From: Alphaproteobacteria bacterium
GTDB lineage: Bacteria; Pseudomonadota; Alphaproteobacteria; SHVW01
Reading direction: 5' to 3'
Assembly: GCA_009694085.1 (NCBI GenBank)
Contig: SHVW01000002.1
Location: forward strand, 11,595 to 75,594
DNA length: 64,000 bases
The translations under genes were made by a program, and so were the position numbers. A model generated the notes under the pieces. The model was given only the letters and a program-made list of their open reading frames with translations. It had not been told where the DNA came from and did no database searches. Below are positions 8,294 through 17,893 of the stretch, in pieces. Every line of letters begins with the position of its first letter. Within the stretch, counting starts at the first letter, position 1.

Positions 8294-9700
8294 ATGTTTG
8301 GTCCGCTTCGAATCTTAGTCTTGGCGATGACGGCGCTGTGCATTGCCTTGCCCGCGCCGGCCCAAACCCAGCGCGCCGCCCCCCAATCGCGTAGCGAGAT
8401 CACCCTCAGCTTCGCCCCCTTGGTCAAGCGCACGGCGCCTGCCGTGGTCAACGTCTATACCAAGAAGCGGGCGCAGCAGCGCTCGGGTTCGCCCATGATG
8501 GACGATCCCTTCTTCCGCCGCTTTTTCGGCGATCAGGCGCCGTTCGGGCAGATGCCGCCACGGGCGCAGAACTCGCTAGGCTCCGGCGTGATCGTGCGGG
8601 CCGATGGCGTCATCGTCACCAACCATCACGTCGTCAAGGACGCCGACGAGATCACGGTCGTGCTGGCTGACCGACGCGAGTTCGACGCGGCGCTGGTGCG
8701 CAGCGACGAGCGCACCGATCTGGCCGTGCTCAAGATCGACGTGCGCGGCGAAACCCTGCCGTTCCTGGAGCTGCGCAATTCCGACGAACTCGAAGTGGGC
8801 GATCTCGTGCTCGCCATCGGCAATCCCTTCGGCGTCGGCCAGACCGTGACCCAGGGCATCGTATCCGCGGTTCAGCGTACGGCGGTCGGCATCACCGATC
8901 TCAGCTTCTTCATTCAGACCGATGCCGCGATTAACCCCGGTAATTCCGGCGGCGCGCTGGTTGCCATGGACGGGCGGTTGGTCGGCATCAACACCGCCAT
9001 CTTCTCGCGCTCCGGCGGGTCCATCGGCATCGGCTTCGCCATTCCCTCCAACATGGTGGCGACCGTGATCCAGGGCGAGGGCCAGCGCGTGGTGCGCGCC
9101 TGGCTCGGCGCGGCCGGCGATGGCGTAACGTCCGACATGGCGGCCTCGCTTGGCCTCGATCGGCCGGTCGGCGTGGTGCTCAAACAGCTCCATCCCGGCG
9201 GCCCGGCCGAGCGCGCGGGTTTGCGCGCGGGCGACGTGGTCATCCGGGTGGATGGGCGCGAGGTCGACGATTTCGGCGCGCTGCGCTTCCGCGTCGCGAC
9301 CTTGCCGATCGGTGGGACCGCCAGGATCGACTATGTCCGGCGCGGTCAGGCGGGCATGGCGACCCTGCCGTTGCAGGCAGCCCCGGAACAGCCGGCGCGC
9401 AGCCCGACTCTGTTGGATGGCCGCCACTCCTTCGCCGGCGCCGTCGTCGGCAATCTATCCCCAGCCTTCGCCGAGGAGATCGGGCTCGATCCGCTCCAGC
9501 GCGGCGTGGTGGTGCTGGAGCTCCGGCGCAACGCACCGGCGGCGCGGTTGGGCCTTCGGCCCGGCGACATCGTGCTGCGCGTCAACGATCGCGACATCGA
9601 CACCATCGACGCGCTCAAGGGCGCAGTCAATTCGGCGACTGCCGGTTGGCGCCTGCGTATCCGGCGCGGCGACCAGGTGCTCAACGTGGCGGTCCAATGA
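8294..9700 (+). CDS. periplasmic serine endoprotease, HtrA/DegP/DegQ family (two PDZ domains)
   Basis: Signal peptide, TNHHVV (His), DLAVLKI (Asp) and GNSGGAL (Ser) catalytic motifs, then two PDZ-like segments. Confidence 0.9.
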   Translation: MFGPLRILVLAMTALCIALPAPAQTQRAAPQSRSEITLSFAPLVKRTAPAVVNVYTKKRAQQRSGSPMMDDPFFRRFFGDQAPFGQMPPRAQNSLGSGVIVRADGVIVTNHHVVKDADEITVVLADRREFDAALVRSDERTDLAVLKIDVRGETLPFLELRNSDELEVGDLVLAIGNPFGVGQTVTQGIVSAVQRTAVGITDLSFFIQTDAAINPGNSGGALVAMDGRLVGINTAIFSRSGGSIGIGFAIPSNMVATVIQGEGQRVVRAWLGAAGDGVTSDMAASLGLDRPVGVVLKQLHPGGPAERAGLRAGDVVIRVDGREVDDFGALRFRVATLPIGGTARIDYVRRGQAGMATLPLQAAPEQPARSPTLLDGRHSFAGAVVGNLSPAFAEEIGLDPLQRGVVVLELRRNAPAARLGLRPGDIVLRVNDRDIDTIDALKGAVNSATAGWRLRIRRGDQVLNVAVQ

Positions 9701-9713
9701 AGAAGATGGGTCA

Positions 9714-11039
9714 GTGAGCCCGCCCCGGTGCGGCGGCAAGGCATCGGCGCCCGGTCTGTTCGAGGCCGAGGCGCCGCGCCCGCTGGCCGATCGGCTCCGG
9801 CCGAAGACGCTGGCCGAGGTGGTCGGCCAGGATCATTTGCTGAAGCCGCAGGGGCCGATCGGCCGTATGGTCGCCCAGGGTCGGCTCGCCTCCATGGTGC
9901 TGTGGGGCCCACCCGGCTGCGGCAAGACCACGCTGGCGCGCCTGCTGGCCGATACCACCGACCTTCATTTCGAACCGCTCTCCGCCGTCTTTTCCGGCGT
10001 TGCCGATTTGCGCCGGGTGTTCGAGGCCGCGCGCGGCCGCCGCGCAGGCGGGCGGGGCACCCTGCTGTTCATCGACGAAATCCACCGTTTCAACCGGGCC
10101 CAGCAGGACGGCTTCCTGCCCTATGTTGAGGACGGCACGGTCACCCTGGTCGGCGCCACCACCGAAAACCCTTCTTTCGAACTGAACGCCGCCCTGCTGT
10201 CGCGCGCCCAGGTCTTCGTGCTGCATCGGCTGGACGATGCCGCGCTCGATCGCCTGATCGCCAGCGCCGAGGCGGCGCTCGGCCATCCCCTGCCGCTGGA
10301 TGACGCAGCGCGCGCGGCGCTCAAGGCCATGGCCGATGGCGACGGGCGTTATTTGCTCAATCTGGCGGAGGCGCTGTTCCAACTACCGCCGACGCCCCTG
10401 CTCGATCCGGCCGGGCTGGCCGCAGTCGTGCAGAAGCGGGCGCCGGTCTACGACAAGGACCGGGAAGAGCATTACAACCTGATCAGCGCCCTGCATAAAT
10501 CCCTGCGCGGCTCGGATGCGGATGCGGCGCTCTATTGGATGGCGCGCATGCTGGTTGGCGGCGAGGATCCGCGTTATATCGCCCGCCGGCTGCTGCGCTT
10601 TGCCGTCGAGGATGTCGGGTTGGCCGAACCCGAGGCGATTCATCAGGCGATCGCGGCTTGGGAAACCTATGACCGCTTGGGTTCGCCCGAGGGCGAATTG
10701 GCGCTGGCCCAATGCGTGATCTATCTCGGAACCGCGCCCAAATCGAACGCCGCTTACCGGGCTTATGGCGCGGCCATGGCGGCGGCGCGGGAGACCGGCT
10801 CGCTCATGCCGCCCAAGCATATCCTGAACGCGCCGACCCGCCTCATGAAAGACATCGGCTACGGCAAGGGCTACGAGTACGACCACGACGCGGCGGACGG
10901 TTTCTCCGGCCAGAACTATTTCCCCGACGGCATGGCCCGGCGCGCGCTTTACCAACCGGTCGAGCGCGGCTTCGAGCGCGAAATCCGAAAGCGGCTGGAT
11001 TACTGGGCGAAGCTGCGCCAGGCCAAGGGCGAGTCCTAG
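9714..11039 (+). CDS. rarA: replication-associated recombination protein A (AAA+ ATPase)
   Basis: LADRLRPKTLAEVVGQDHLL...WGPPGCGKTTLARLLA...LFIDEIHRFNRAQQD...HYNLISALHKSLRGSD. GTG 9714 is the first plausible start. The ORF portion 9150-9713 overlaps degP and is not coding. Confidence 0.9.
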   Translation: MSPPRCGGKASAPGLFEAEAPRPLADRLRPKTLAEVVGQDHLLKPQGPIGRMVAQGRLASMVLWGPPGCGKTTLARLLADTTDLHFEPLSAVFSGVADLRRVFEAARGRRAGGRGTLLFIDEIHRFNRAQQDGFLPYVEDGTVTLVGATTENPSFELNAALLSRAQVFVLHRLDDAALDRLIASAEAALGHPLPLDDAARAALKAMADGDGRYLLNLAEALFQLPPTPLLDPAGLAAVVQKRAPVYDKDREEHYNLISALHKSLRGSDADAALYWMARMLVGGEDPRYIARRLLRFAVEDVGLAEPEAIHQAIAAWETYDRLGSPEGELALAQCVIYLGTAPKSNAAYRAYGAAMAAARETGSLMPPKHILNAPTRLMKDIGYGKGYEYDHDAADGFSGQNYFPDGMARRALYQPVERGFEREIRKRLDYWAKLRQAKGES

Positions 11040-11097
11040 AGATACTGGCCCTGTCGCCGATGCTGCGGTAGTTTGTTGCCGAATTACGAGGGAACCC

Positions 11098-11478
11098 ATG
11101 CAGCTCATTCTGGCGGTGGCGGCGGGCGGCGCGATCGGCTCGGTCGCGCGCTATCTCATGGCCGGCTGGATCGGGCACATCGTCGGCTCCGGTTTTCCGC
11201 TCGGCGTCATGGCCGTCAATATTCTGGGCTCGGCGATCATGGGTGTCCTGGTCGAAGGGTTTGCGTTGTCCTGGAACGCATCGCCGGAACTGCGTGCCTT
11301 CCTAACCGTTGGCGTGCTCGGCGGCTTCACCACCTTCTCCAGCTTTTCGCTCGATGCCGTGCTGTTGTTCCAGAAAGGCGAGTTTGGGTTGGGCGCCCTT
11401 TACGTTCTGGGCTCTGTTGCGCTGTCCCTCGCGGGGCTGGTTGTGGGGCTTCACATTGCACGCGCGGTCCTGGCATGA
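11098..11478 (+). CDS. crcB: fluoride ion channel CrcB/FluC
   Basis: 126-aa four-TM protein. GGAIGSVARY...FPLGVMAVNILGSAIMG...GGFTTFSSFS is typical of CrcB. Confidence 0.9.
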   Translation: MQLILAVAAGGAIGSVARYLMAGWIGHIVGSGFPLGVMAVNILGSAIMGVLVEGFALSWNASPELRAFLTVGVLGGFTTFSSFSLDAVLLFQKGEFGLGALYVLGSVALSLAGLVVGLHIARAVLA

Positions 11479-12458
11479 ACCGGGTTTCCTCGATCATGGT
11501 GATGCCGGAAGAAACCCATCTGCGCCTGGACCGTTGGTTCAAGCGGCATTTCCCCGCACTCAGCCATGGCCGGCTCGAAAAGCTGCTGCGCACGGGGCAG
11601 GTGCGCGTCGATGGCAGGCGCGTGCGCGCGGGTGAGCGGTTGGTGCCGGGCCAATCCGTGCGCGTGCCCCCCCTGGGCGAGGCCGCCGACCAGCCGCCGC
11701 AGCACGAACGGCCGAAGGTGACGGCCCAAGACGCCGAGGATATGCGCGCCCTGGTGATCCATCGCGACGACGAGGTCATCGCCATCAACAAGCCGCCGGG
11801 CCTGGCGGTCCAGGGCGGCACCGGCACGGATCGCCATGTCGATGGCATGCTCGACGCCCTACGCTTCGGGTCCAAGGAGCGGCCACGCCTGGTTCACCGG
11901 CTCGACCGCGATACCTCGGGCGTTCTGGTGTTGGCGCGCACGGCGGTCGCGGCGGCGTGGCTTGGCGAGGCCTTTCGGCAGCGCGATGCGCGCAAGATCT
12001 ACTGGGCGGTGACCGCGGGCGTGCCCAAGCCGCGCCGGGGCAAGATCGACCTGGCACTGGACAAACAGGCTAGCCCTCGCGGCGAGCGGGTCGCAGTCGA
12101 TGCCGATGGCGGCCGGCGTGCTGTGACGCTCTATGACGTGGTCGATGCCGCCGGCCAGAAACTGGCTTGGATCGCGTTCATGCCGCTGACCGGCCGGACC
12201 CACCAACTTCGTGTCCACGCCCAGGCCCTGGGTACGCCGATCCTGGGCGATGGCAAGTATGGCGGTGCCGACGCCATACCGGGCGGGGCGGGACTGTCGA
12301 AAAAGCTGCACCTGCATGCCCGCAGCTTGGTGCTGCCCCGTCCGGGTAAACAACCGCTGCGCCTGGAGGCGCCCTTGCCCCGTCACATGGCGGCAACCTG
12401 GCAGCTCTTCGGTTGGAGCGAGGCTGGCTTCGTCGATGAATTTCCCGATGATGACTAA
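11475..12458 (+). CDS. 23S rRNA pseudouridine synthase, RluA family (RluC/RluD-like, N-terminal S4 domain)
   Basis: RLDRWFKRHFP...GQVRVDG (S4 domain), then HRLDRDTSGVLVLAR catalytic motif. ATGA overlap with the crcB stop. Confidence 0.85.
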   Translation: MNRVSSIMVMPEETHLRLDRWFKRHFPALSHGRLEKLLRTGQVRVDGRRVRAGERLVPGQSVRVPPLGEAADQPPQHERPKVTAQDAEDMRALVIHRDDEVIAINKPPGLAVQGGTGTDRHVDGMLDALRFGSKERPRLVHRLDRDTSGVLVLARTAVAAAWLGEAFRQRDARKIYWAVTAGVPKPRRGKIDLALDKQASPRGERVAVDADGGRRAVTLYDVVDAAGQKLAWIAFMPLTGRTHQLRVHAQALGTPILGDGKYGGADAIPGGAGLSKKLHLHARSLVLPRPGKQPLRLEAPLPRHMAATWQLFGWSEAGFVDEFPDDD

Positions 12459-13143
12459 ACTTTCCGGCGCGCGGCCGTTCCTCGCGGTGTTCGATTGCGA
12501 CGGCACGCTGGTGGACAGCCAGCATGCCATTGTGAGCGGCATATCCATAGCTTGCGCCGCGCTCGGCCTGGCGACGCCACCGGCCGCCGCGATCCGGCGC
12601 GGTATCGGCTTGCCGCTCAAGGTCGCGATCGGCCAGCTTTTCCCCGGCCACGAACCGGACCTGCATGACCGCCTCGTGCAATTCTACAAGGACAATTTCG
12701 TGCGCTTGCGTCAACGCCCTGATCATGTCGAACCTCTATTCGATGGCGTCGTGGACACCCTGACCTCTTTGCGTGCGGCCGGGTTCCTGCTCGCGGTCGC
12801 CACGGGGAAAGCGCGGCGCGGCCTATTGGCCACCCTGGGCCGTCACGGTCTGACCGAACATTTCGACGCGCTACAGACCGCCGATGATGCCCCGGGCAAG
12901 CCCCATCCGGGGATGCTGTTGAACGCCATGGTAGCGCTCGGCGTCGATCCTGTTGACACCGTGATGATCGGCGATACCACCTTCGACATGGAGATGGCGC
13001 GGGCGGCGCAGGTCGCCGCGATCGGCGTGGGCTGGGGCTATCACGAGTCCGACGAGCTGATTCAGGCCGGCGCCCGCGCGGTGATCGCCGAGGGCCATGC
13101 ACTGACGCCGGCCGTGCTCGGTTGGGCGGCGGAACGGCGATGA
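12436..13143 (+). CDS. HAD-superfamily hydrolase (phosphoglycolate phosphatase-like)
   Basis: FDCDGTLVDS (motif I), ATGK, and GDTTFDMEMA (motif IV). Start is uncertain (ATG at 12436, 12448 or 12451). Confidence 0.8.
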   Translation: MNFPMMTKLSGARPFLAVFDCDGTLVDSQHAIVSGISIACAALGLATPPAAAIRRGIGLPLKVAIGQLFPGHEPDLHDRLVQFYKDNFVRLRQRPDHVEPLFDGVVDTLTSLRAAGFLLAVATGKARRGLLATLGRHGLTEHFDALQTADDAPGKPHPGMLLNAMVALGVDPVDTVMIGDTTFDMEMARAAQVAAIGVGWGYHESDELIQAGARAVIAEGHALTPAVLGWAAERR

Positions 13144-13868
13144 ACGCGGGACTGCGCCGGGTCTACAGCGCGGTGACGTTGATCCCGGCAGCGGAGTGTT
13201 TTCCGGAGATTGCTGCTGGTTTCGCGCTGGCACTCGATGACAAACCCGTGCGGACGCCGGCCAAGTCGCCTCTCGTGCTGCCGACTGAGGCGCTGGTCGC
13301 CGCCATCGCTGCTGAGTGGGTGGCGCAGGGCGATCGGATTCGGCCCTATACTATGCCCATGATGAGCCTGGCCTGCACCGCCATCGATCGGGCCGCACCC
13401 AATCGTGAGCGGATGGTCGAAGACATCGTCGCCTATGGCGGTACCGACCTCGTGTGTTATCGGGCGGATGGACCGGCCGATCTGGTCCAGCGCCAGATCA
13501 AGGTCTGGCAGCCCCTGGTCGATTGGGTGGCCCTCGTCCACGACGCACCGCTCACGGTGACCGCCGGAATCGTGCCGCTCGGCCAGCCCGCGACGGCGCT
13601 GCGCGCACTTACCGCCGCGGTCGCCGGGTTCGACGATTTCGGCCTGGCCGGGCTGTCCCTTGCCACCAGCACGGCCGGCTCTCTGGTGATCGCGCTGGCG
13701 CTGGCGTCGGGCCGGCTCGATGGCGGCGCGGCCTTCGACGCGGCCCAGCTCGATGAGAACTATCAAATTGCGAAATGGGGCGAGGATGCTGAGGCCGCCG
13801 AACGCCGCCGGGAAATCCGCGCCGACCTGGCGGCGGTCGAGCGATTCTGGGTCTTGCTGCGGCGTTGA
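13140..13868 (+). CDS. ATP12-family F1-ATPase assembly chaperone
   Basis: FALALDDKPVRTPAKSPLVLPTEALVAAIAAEWVAQGDRIRPYTMPMMSLACTAIDR is the typical ATP12/ATPAF2 pattern. ATGA overlap with the upstream stop. Confidence 0.8.
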   Translation: MNAGLRRVYSAVTLIPAAECFPEIAAGFALALDDKPVRTPAKSPLVLPTEALVAAIAAEWVAQGDRIRPYTMPMMSLACTAIDRAAPNRERMVEDIVAYGGTDLVCYRADGPADLVQRQIKVWQPLVDWVALVHDAPLTVTAGIVPLGQPATALRALTAAVAGFDDFGLAGLSLATSTAGSLVIALALASGRLDGGAAFDAAQLDENYQIAKWGEDAEAAERRREIRADLAAVERFWVLLRR

Positions 13869-13922
13869 AGCGGGCGCGCGCCGGTGCTAGACCGGAGTGG
13901 CCATTCGGTGCGGGAGCGGCCC

Positions 13923-15455
13923 ATGCAGGACATTATCCGACAGCTCGACGAAAAGAGGGCCGGCGCGCGCGCCGGCGGTGGCGAGCGCCGCGTGTCCGCC
14001 CAGCACGCCAAGGGCAAGCTGACGGCGCGCGAGCGTATCGATCTGCTGCTCGATCCCGACTCCTTCGAGGAGTGGGACATGTTCGTGGAACATCGCTGCG
14101 CCGATTTCGGCATGGAGGCGCAGAAGATTCCGGGCGATGGCGTGGTCACCGGCTACGGCACAATCAATGGCCGCCTCGTCTTCGTGTTCAGCCAGGATTT
14201 CACCGTGTTCGGCGGCTCGCTGAGCGAGGCCCACGCGGAAAAAATCTGCAAGATCATGGACAAAGCGGTGCAAGTGGGCGCGCCGGTCATCGGACTCAAC
14301 GATTCCGGCGGCGCGCGGATTCAAGAGGGCGTGGCCTCGCTTGCCGGCTATGCCGAGGTGTTCCAGCGCAACGTCACGGCATCGGGCGTCATCCCCCAGA
14401 TTTCCGTGATCATGGGGCCGTGTGCGGGCGGCGCCGTCTATTCCCCTGCTATGACCGACTTCATTTTCATGGTCAAAGACAGCTCCTACATGTTCGTGAC
14501 CGGCCCCGAAGTGGTCAGAACCGTGACCCACGAGGCCGTAACGCAGGAAGAACTAGGCGGCGCCGTCACCCACACGACCCGCTCGGGCATCGCCGATCTC
14601 GCCTTCGAGAATGACGTCGAAGCGATCCTACAGACCCGTCGCTTCGTCGACTTCCTGCCCGCCTCGAACCGCGAGAAACCGCCGGTGCGCCCGACTGCCG
14701 ACACCGCCGAGCGCGAGGAAGCCTCGCTCGATACCCTGGTGCCGGCCAACCCGAACAAGCCCTACGACATGAAAGAGTTGATTGGGAAGGTGGTGGACGA
14801 AGGTGATTTCTTCGAAGTCGGACCGAATTATGCGCGCAACATCATCACCGGCTTCGGCCGCATGGCCGGCTCGACCGTCGGCTTCGTCGCCAATCAGCCC
14901 ATGGTACTGGCCGGTTGCCTGGACATCGACAGCAGCCGCAAGGCCGCCCGCTTCGTGCGCTTCTGCGACTGCTTCAATATCCCCATTGTGACCTTCGTCG
15001 ATGTGCCCGGCTTCTTGCCCGGCACCTCTCAGGAGTTCGGCGGTATCATCAAGCACGGCGCCAAGCTGCTCTACGCCTATGCCGAGGCGACCGTGCCCAA
15101 GGTGACCCTGATTACCCGCAAGGCTTATGGCGGTGCCTACGACGTCATGAGCTCCAAGCATCTGCGCGGCGACGTCAATTTCGCCTGGCCCTCGGCCGAG
15201 ATCGCCGTCATGGGACCGAAGGGGGCGGTGGAGATCATCTTCCGCGCCGATATTGGCGACGCCGCCCGCATCGAGGCGCGGACCGAGGAATATCGCCAGA
15301 AATTCGCCAACCCCTTCGTCGCCGGCCATCGCGGCTTCATCGACGACGTCATCATGCCCCACGCTACCCGCCGCCGCATTTGCCGCTCGCTCGCCATGTT
15401 GCGCGACAAGAAGCTGGAAAACCCGTGGCGCAAGCACGGGAATATTCCGCTGTAG
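13923..15455 (+). CDS. pccB: propionyl-CoA carboxylase beta subunit (carboxyltransferase)
   Basis: [12 protein letters not shown]...[33 protein letters not shown]...[13 protein letters not shown]...AYGGAYDVM. 510 aa. Confidence 0.9.
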   Translation: MQDIIRQLDEKRAGARAGGGERRVSAQHAKGKLTARERIDLLLDPDSFEEWDMFVEHRCADFGMEAQKIPGDGVVTGYGTINGRLVFVFSQDFTVFGGSLSEAHAEKICKIMDKAVQVGAPVIGLNDSGGARIQEGVASLAGYAEVFQRNVTASGVIPQISVIMGPCAGGAVYSPAMTDFIFMVKDSSYMFVTGPEVVRTVTHEAVTQEELGGAVTHTTRSGIADLAFENDVEAILQTRRFVDFLPASNREKPPVRPTADTAEREEASLDTLVPANPNKPYDMKELIGKVVDEGDFFEVGPNYARNIITGFGRMAGSTVGFVANQPMVLAGCLDIDSSRKAARFVRFCDCFNIPIVTFVDVPGFLPGTSQEFGGIIKHGAKLLYAYAEATVPKVTLITRKAYGGAYDVMSSKHLRGDVNFAWPSAEIAVMGPKGAVEIIFRADIGDAARIEARTEEYRQKFANPFVAGHRGFIDDVIMPHATRRRICRSLAMLRDKKLENPWRKHGNIPL

Positions 15456-15608
15456 GTTTGTCGGTGGATGGGGGCTGCTCCACCTCTCGTTCGCCAGGTT
15501 GGAACCGCTAGGTTTCCATCCGCGGCACTTTGGCGCTGTTTTCGTTGTTCGCCTTGCTCTGCGCTCTACGGTGTATAAAGTTCCAGTTCGTGGGAGCCAA
15601 TTAGCCCG

Positions 15609-17600
15609 ATGTTTAAGAAAATCCTCATCGCCAACCGCAGCGAGATCGCCTGCCGGGTTATCCGCACGGCGCGGCGGATGGGCATCAAGACCGTGGCGGT
15701 CTATTCCGAGGCGGACGCCGACGCGCTCCATGTGCGCGAGGCCGACGAGGCCGTTGCCATCGGGCCGGCGCAATCGGCCAAGAGCTACCTAGCCATCGAC
15801 AACATCTTGCGCGCCTGCAAGGACACCGGCGCCGAGGCCGTTCACCCCGGTTATGGCTTCCTGTCGGAAAATCAGGCCTTCGCCAAGTCGCTTAAGGCAG
15901 CCGGCATCGCCTTTATCGGGCCCGACGTGCATGCGATTGCCGCCATGGGCGACAAGATCGAATCGAAGAAGCTGGCGACCAAGGCCGGGGTCAGCACGGT
16001 GCCCGGCCATCTCGGCGTGATCAAAAATGCGGACGAGGCGGTGCGCATCGCGCGCGAGGTCGGCTATCCCGTCATGATCAAGGCCTCGGCGGGCGGCGGC
16101 GGCAAAGGCATGCGGCTTGCTTATAACGACGAGCAGGCGCGCGAGGGTTTTTCATCCGCCACCAACGAGGCCAAATCGAGCTTCGCCGACGACCGCGTGT
16201 TTGTCGAGAAATTCATCGAGCAACCCCGGCATATCGAAATCCAGGTGCTGGCCGACGGACATGGCACCTGCCTTTATCTCGGCGAGCGCGAATGCTCGGT
16301 GCAGCGCCGCCACCAGAAGGTCATCGAGGAAGCGCCGTCGCCCTTTCTCGACGCCAAAACGCGCGCGGCCATGGGCGAGCAGGCCGTGACGCTCGCGCGC
16401 GCGGTTCAATACAAGTCGGCCGGGACCGTGGAGTTCATCGTCGACACCCAGCGCAATTTCTACTTTCTTGAGATGAACACGCGGCTGCAGGTTGAGCATC
16501 CTGTGACCGAATACGTCACCGGACTCGATCTGGTCGAGCAGATGATCCGGGTGGCGGCGGGCGAGAAGCTGAGCTTTGCGCAGAAGGATGTGCGGCTCCA
16601 GGGCTGGTCCATGGAGGCCCGCGTCTATGCCGAGGATCCCATGCGCGGTTTCCTGCCGTCGATCGGCCGGCTCGTGCGCTATCGTCCGCCCCGGGCGAGC
16701 GCTAATGTGCGGATCGATACCGGCGTCTATGAGGGCGCCGAGATCTCCATGTTTTACGACCCCATGATCGCCAAGCTGGTGACTTATGGCCGCGACCGCG
16801 CCGAGGCGATCGGCGAGATGCGGGCCGCGCTCGATACCTTCGAAATCGGTGGCGTCTCGCACAACATCCCGTTCCTGTCGGCCCTGCTGGCCCTGCCACG
16901 CTTTCGCGAGGGTCGCCTGACCACAGGCTTGATCGCCGAGGAGTTTCCCGATGGCTTCAAGGGCGCCCGGCGTTCGCTAGATGATACGCAATGGCTGATT
17001 GCCGTGGCGGCGGCACTGCACCGGCGAGCGGCCGAGCGCGATGCCTGCGTCAGCGGCCAATTGCCCGGGCGCCGCCGGGTTGCTGCGGAGGCCTGGGTCG
17101 TCAGGCTCGATGGCACCAATCACCCTGTGACGGTCGTCGCCGTCGAGGGCGGCTACGACGTGACACTCATGGCGGATGACCATGTCTTGGCCGTTCGCGG
17201 CGATCTCACGCCCGGCGCCACGCTATTCATCGGCCAGGTGAACAGTCATGACGTGGCCGTGCAGGTCGAGCGCGACGGCATCGGCTATCGATTGACGCGT
17301 GCGGGCAGCGCCGCGCGTGCCGTGGTGTTGACCCCGCGCGGCGCTGAACTGGCGGCTCTGATGCCGGTCAAGGCGGCGGCCGACATGTCGCGTTTCGTGC
17401 TGTCACCCATGCCCGGCCTGTTGGTTTCGTTGGCCGTGCGCGAGGGCGATGAGGTTAAAGCTGGTCAGCCGCTTGCGGTGGTCGAAGCCATGAAGATGGA
17501 GAATGTGTTGCGCGCCGAACGCGACGGCCGTGTTGCCAAGCTGCGCGCCAGCGCCGGATCGAGCCTGGCCGTCGACCAGGCCATCCTCGAATTCGAATGA
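15609..17600 (+). CDS. pccA: propionyl-CoA carboxylase alpha subunit (biotin carboxylase + BCCP)
   Basis: MFKKILIANRSEIACRVIRT...KASAGGGGKGMR... and the C-terminal biotinylation motif EAMKMEN. Confidence 0.9.
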   Translation: MFKKILIANRSEIACRVIRTARRMGIKTVAVYSEADADALHVREADEAVAIGPAQSAKSYLAIDNILRACKDTGAEAVHPGYGFLSENQAFAKSLKAAGIAFIGPDVHAIAAMGDKIESKKLATKAGVSTVPGHLGVIKNADEAVRIAREVGYPVMIKASAGGGGKGMRLAYNDEQAREGFSSATNEAKSSFADDRVFVEKFIEQPRHIEIQVLADGHGTCLYLGERECSVQRRHQKVIEEAPSPFLDAKTRAAMGEQAVTLARAVQYKSAGTVEFIVDTQRNFYFLEMNTRLQVEHPVTEYVTGLDLVEQMIRVAAGEKLSFAQKDVRLQGWSMEARVYAEDPMRGFLPSIGRLVRYRPPRASANVRIDTGVYEGAEISMFYDPMIAKLVTYGRDRAEAIGEMRAALDTFEIGGVSHNIPFLSALLALPRFREGRLTTGLIAEEFPDGFKGARRSLDDTQWLIAVAAALHRRAAERDACVSGQLPGRRRVAAEAWVVRLDGTNHPVTVVAVEGGYDVTLMADDHVLAVRGDLTPGATLFIGQVNSHDVAVQVERDGIGYRLTRAGSAARAVVLTPRGAELAALMPVKAAADMSRFVLSPMPGLLVSLAVREGDEVKAGQPLAVVEAMKMENVLRAERDGRVAKLRASAGSSLAVDQAILEFE

Positions 17601-17893
17601 CCGGCGCCGGTTACGAGGTCTGCGTGCGCGTGCGCGTGGTGGGGCGCGTTCAAGGCGTGTGGTTTCGCGCCTGGACAGTGCAGGAGGCGACGCGCCGCGG
17701 CCTGGCCGGCTGGGTGCGCAACTGTCACGATGGCGCCGTCGAGGCCGTATTTGCGGGGTCTCGGACCGATGTCGAGGATATGATTCTCGCTTGCCGGCGC
17801 GGCCCGCCCGCTGCGAGCGTAACAGCACTGATTCAAGAGCCGGAGATGGACGCGCCGGAACCCGGACGATTCGGGCAGGTGGCAACGACATGA
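17597..17893 (+). CDS. acylphosphatase
   Basis: 98 aa. VVGRVQGVWFRAW...GLAGWVRNCHDGAVEAVF is the acylphosphatase signature. ATGA overlap with the pccA stop. Confidence 0.85.
   Translation: MTGAGYEVCVRVRVVGRVQGVWFRAWTVQEATRRGLAGWVRNCHDGAVEAVFAGSRTDVEDMILACRRGPPAASVTALIQEPEMDAPEPGRFGQVATT

Noticed and set aside
9150-9713. 5' extensions of ORFs that overlap the preceding gene: rarA 9150-9713, rluC-like 11073-11474, HAD 12211-12435, DLH 24252-24875, DUF1989 28178-28426, mccB 32367-32798, permease 41410-41511, toxin-region 57323-57364
   Set aside because: Homology begins only at the downstream start codons, which also give canonical short gaps or ATGA overlaps. The upstream parts overlap real genes in other frames.
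11040-11097. Possible fluoride (crcB-motif) riboswitch upstream of crcB
   Set aside because: The spacer is only 58 nt. It lacks the conserved GGCGATGG...AACCGCC...CTGATGAT-type core elements as I recall them. A covariance-model scan would be definitive.
15456-15608. 153-nt pccB-pccA spacer as a possible small RNA or riboswitch
   Set aside because: It shows only a weak imperfect hairpin (TGGAACC...GGTTTCCA) and no motif I recognise. The evidence is insufficient without a covariance-model or transcriptome check.
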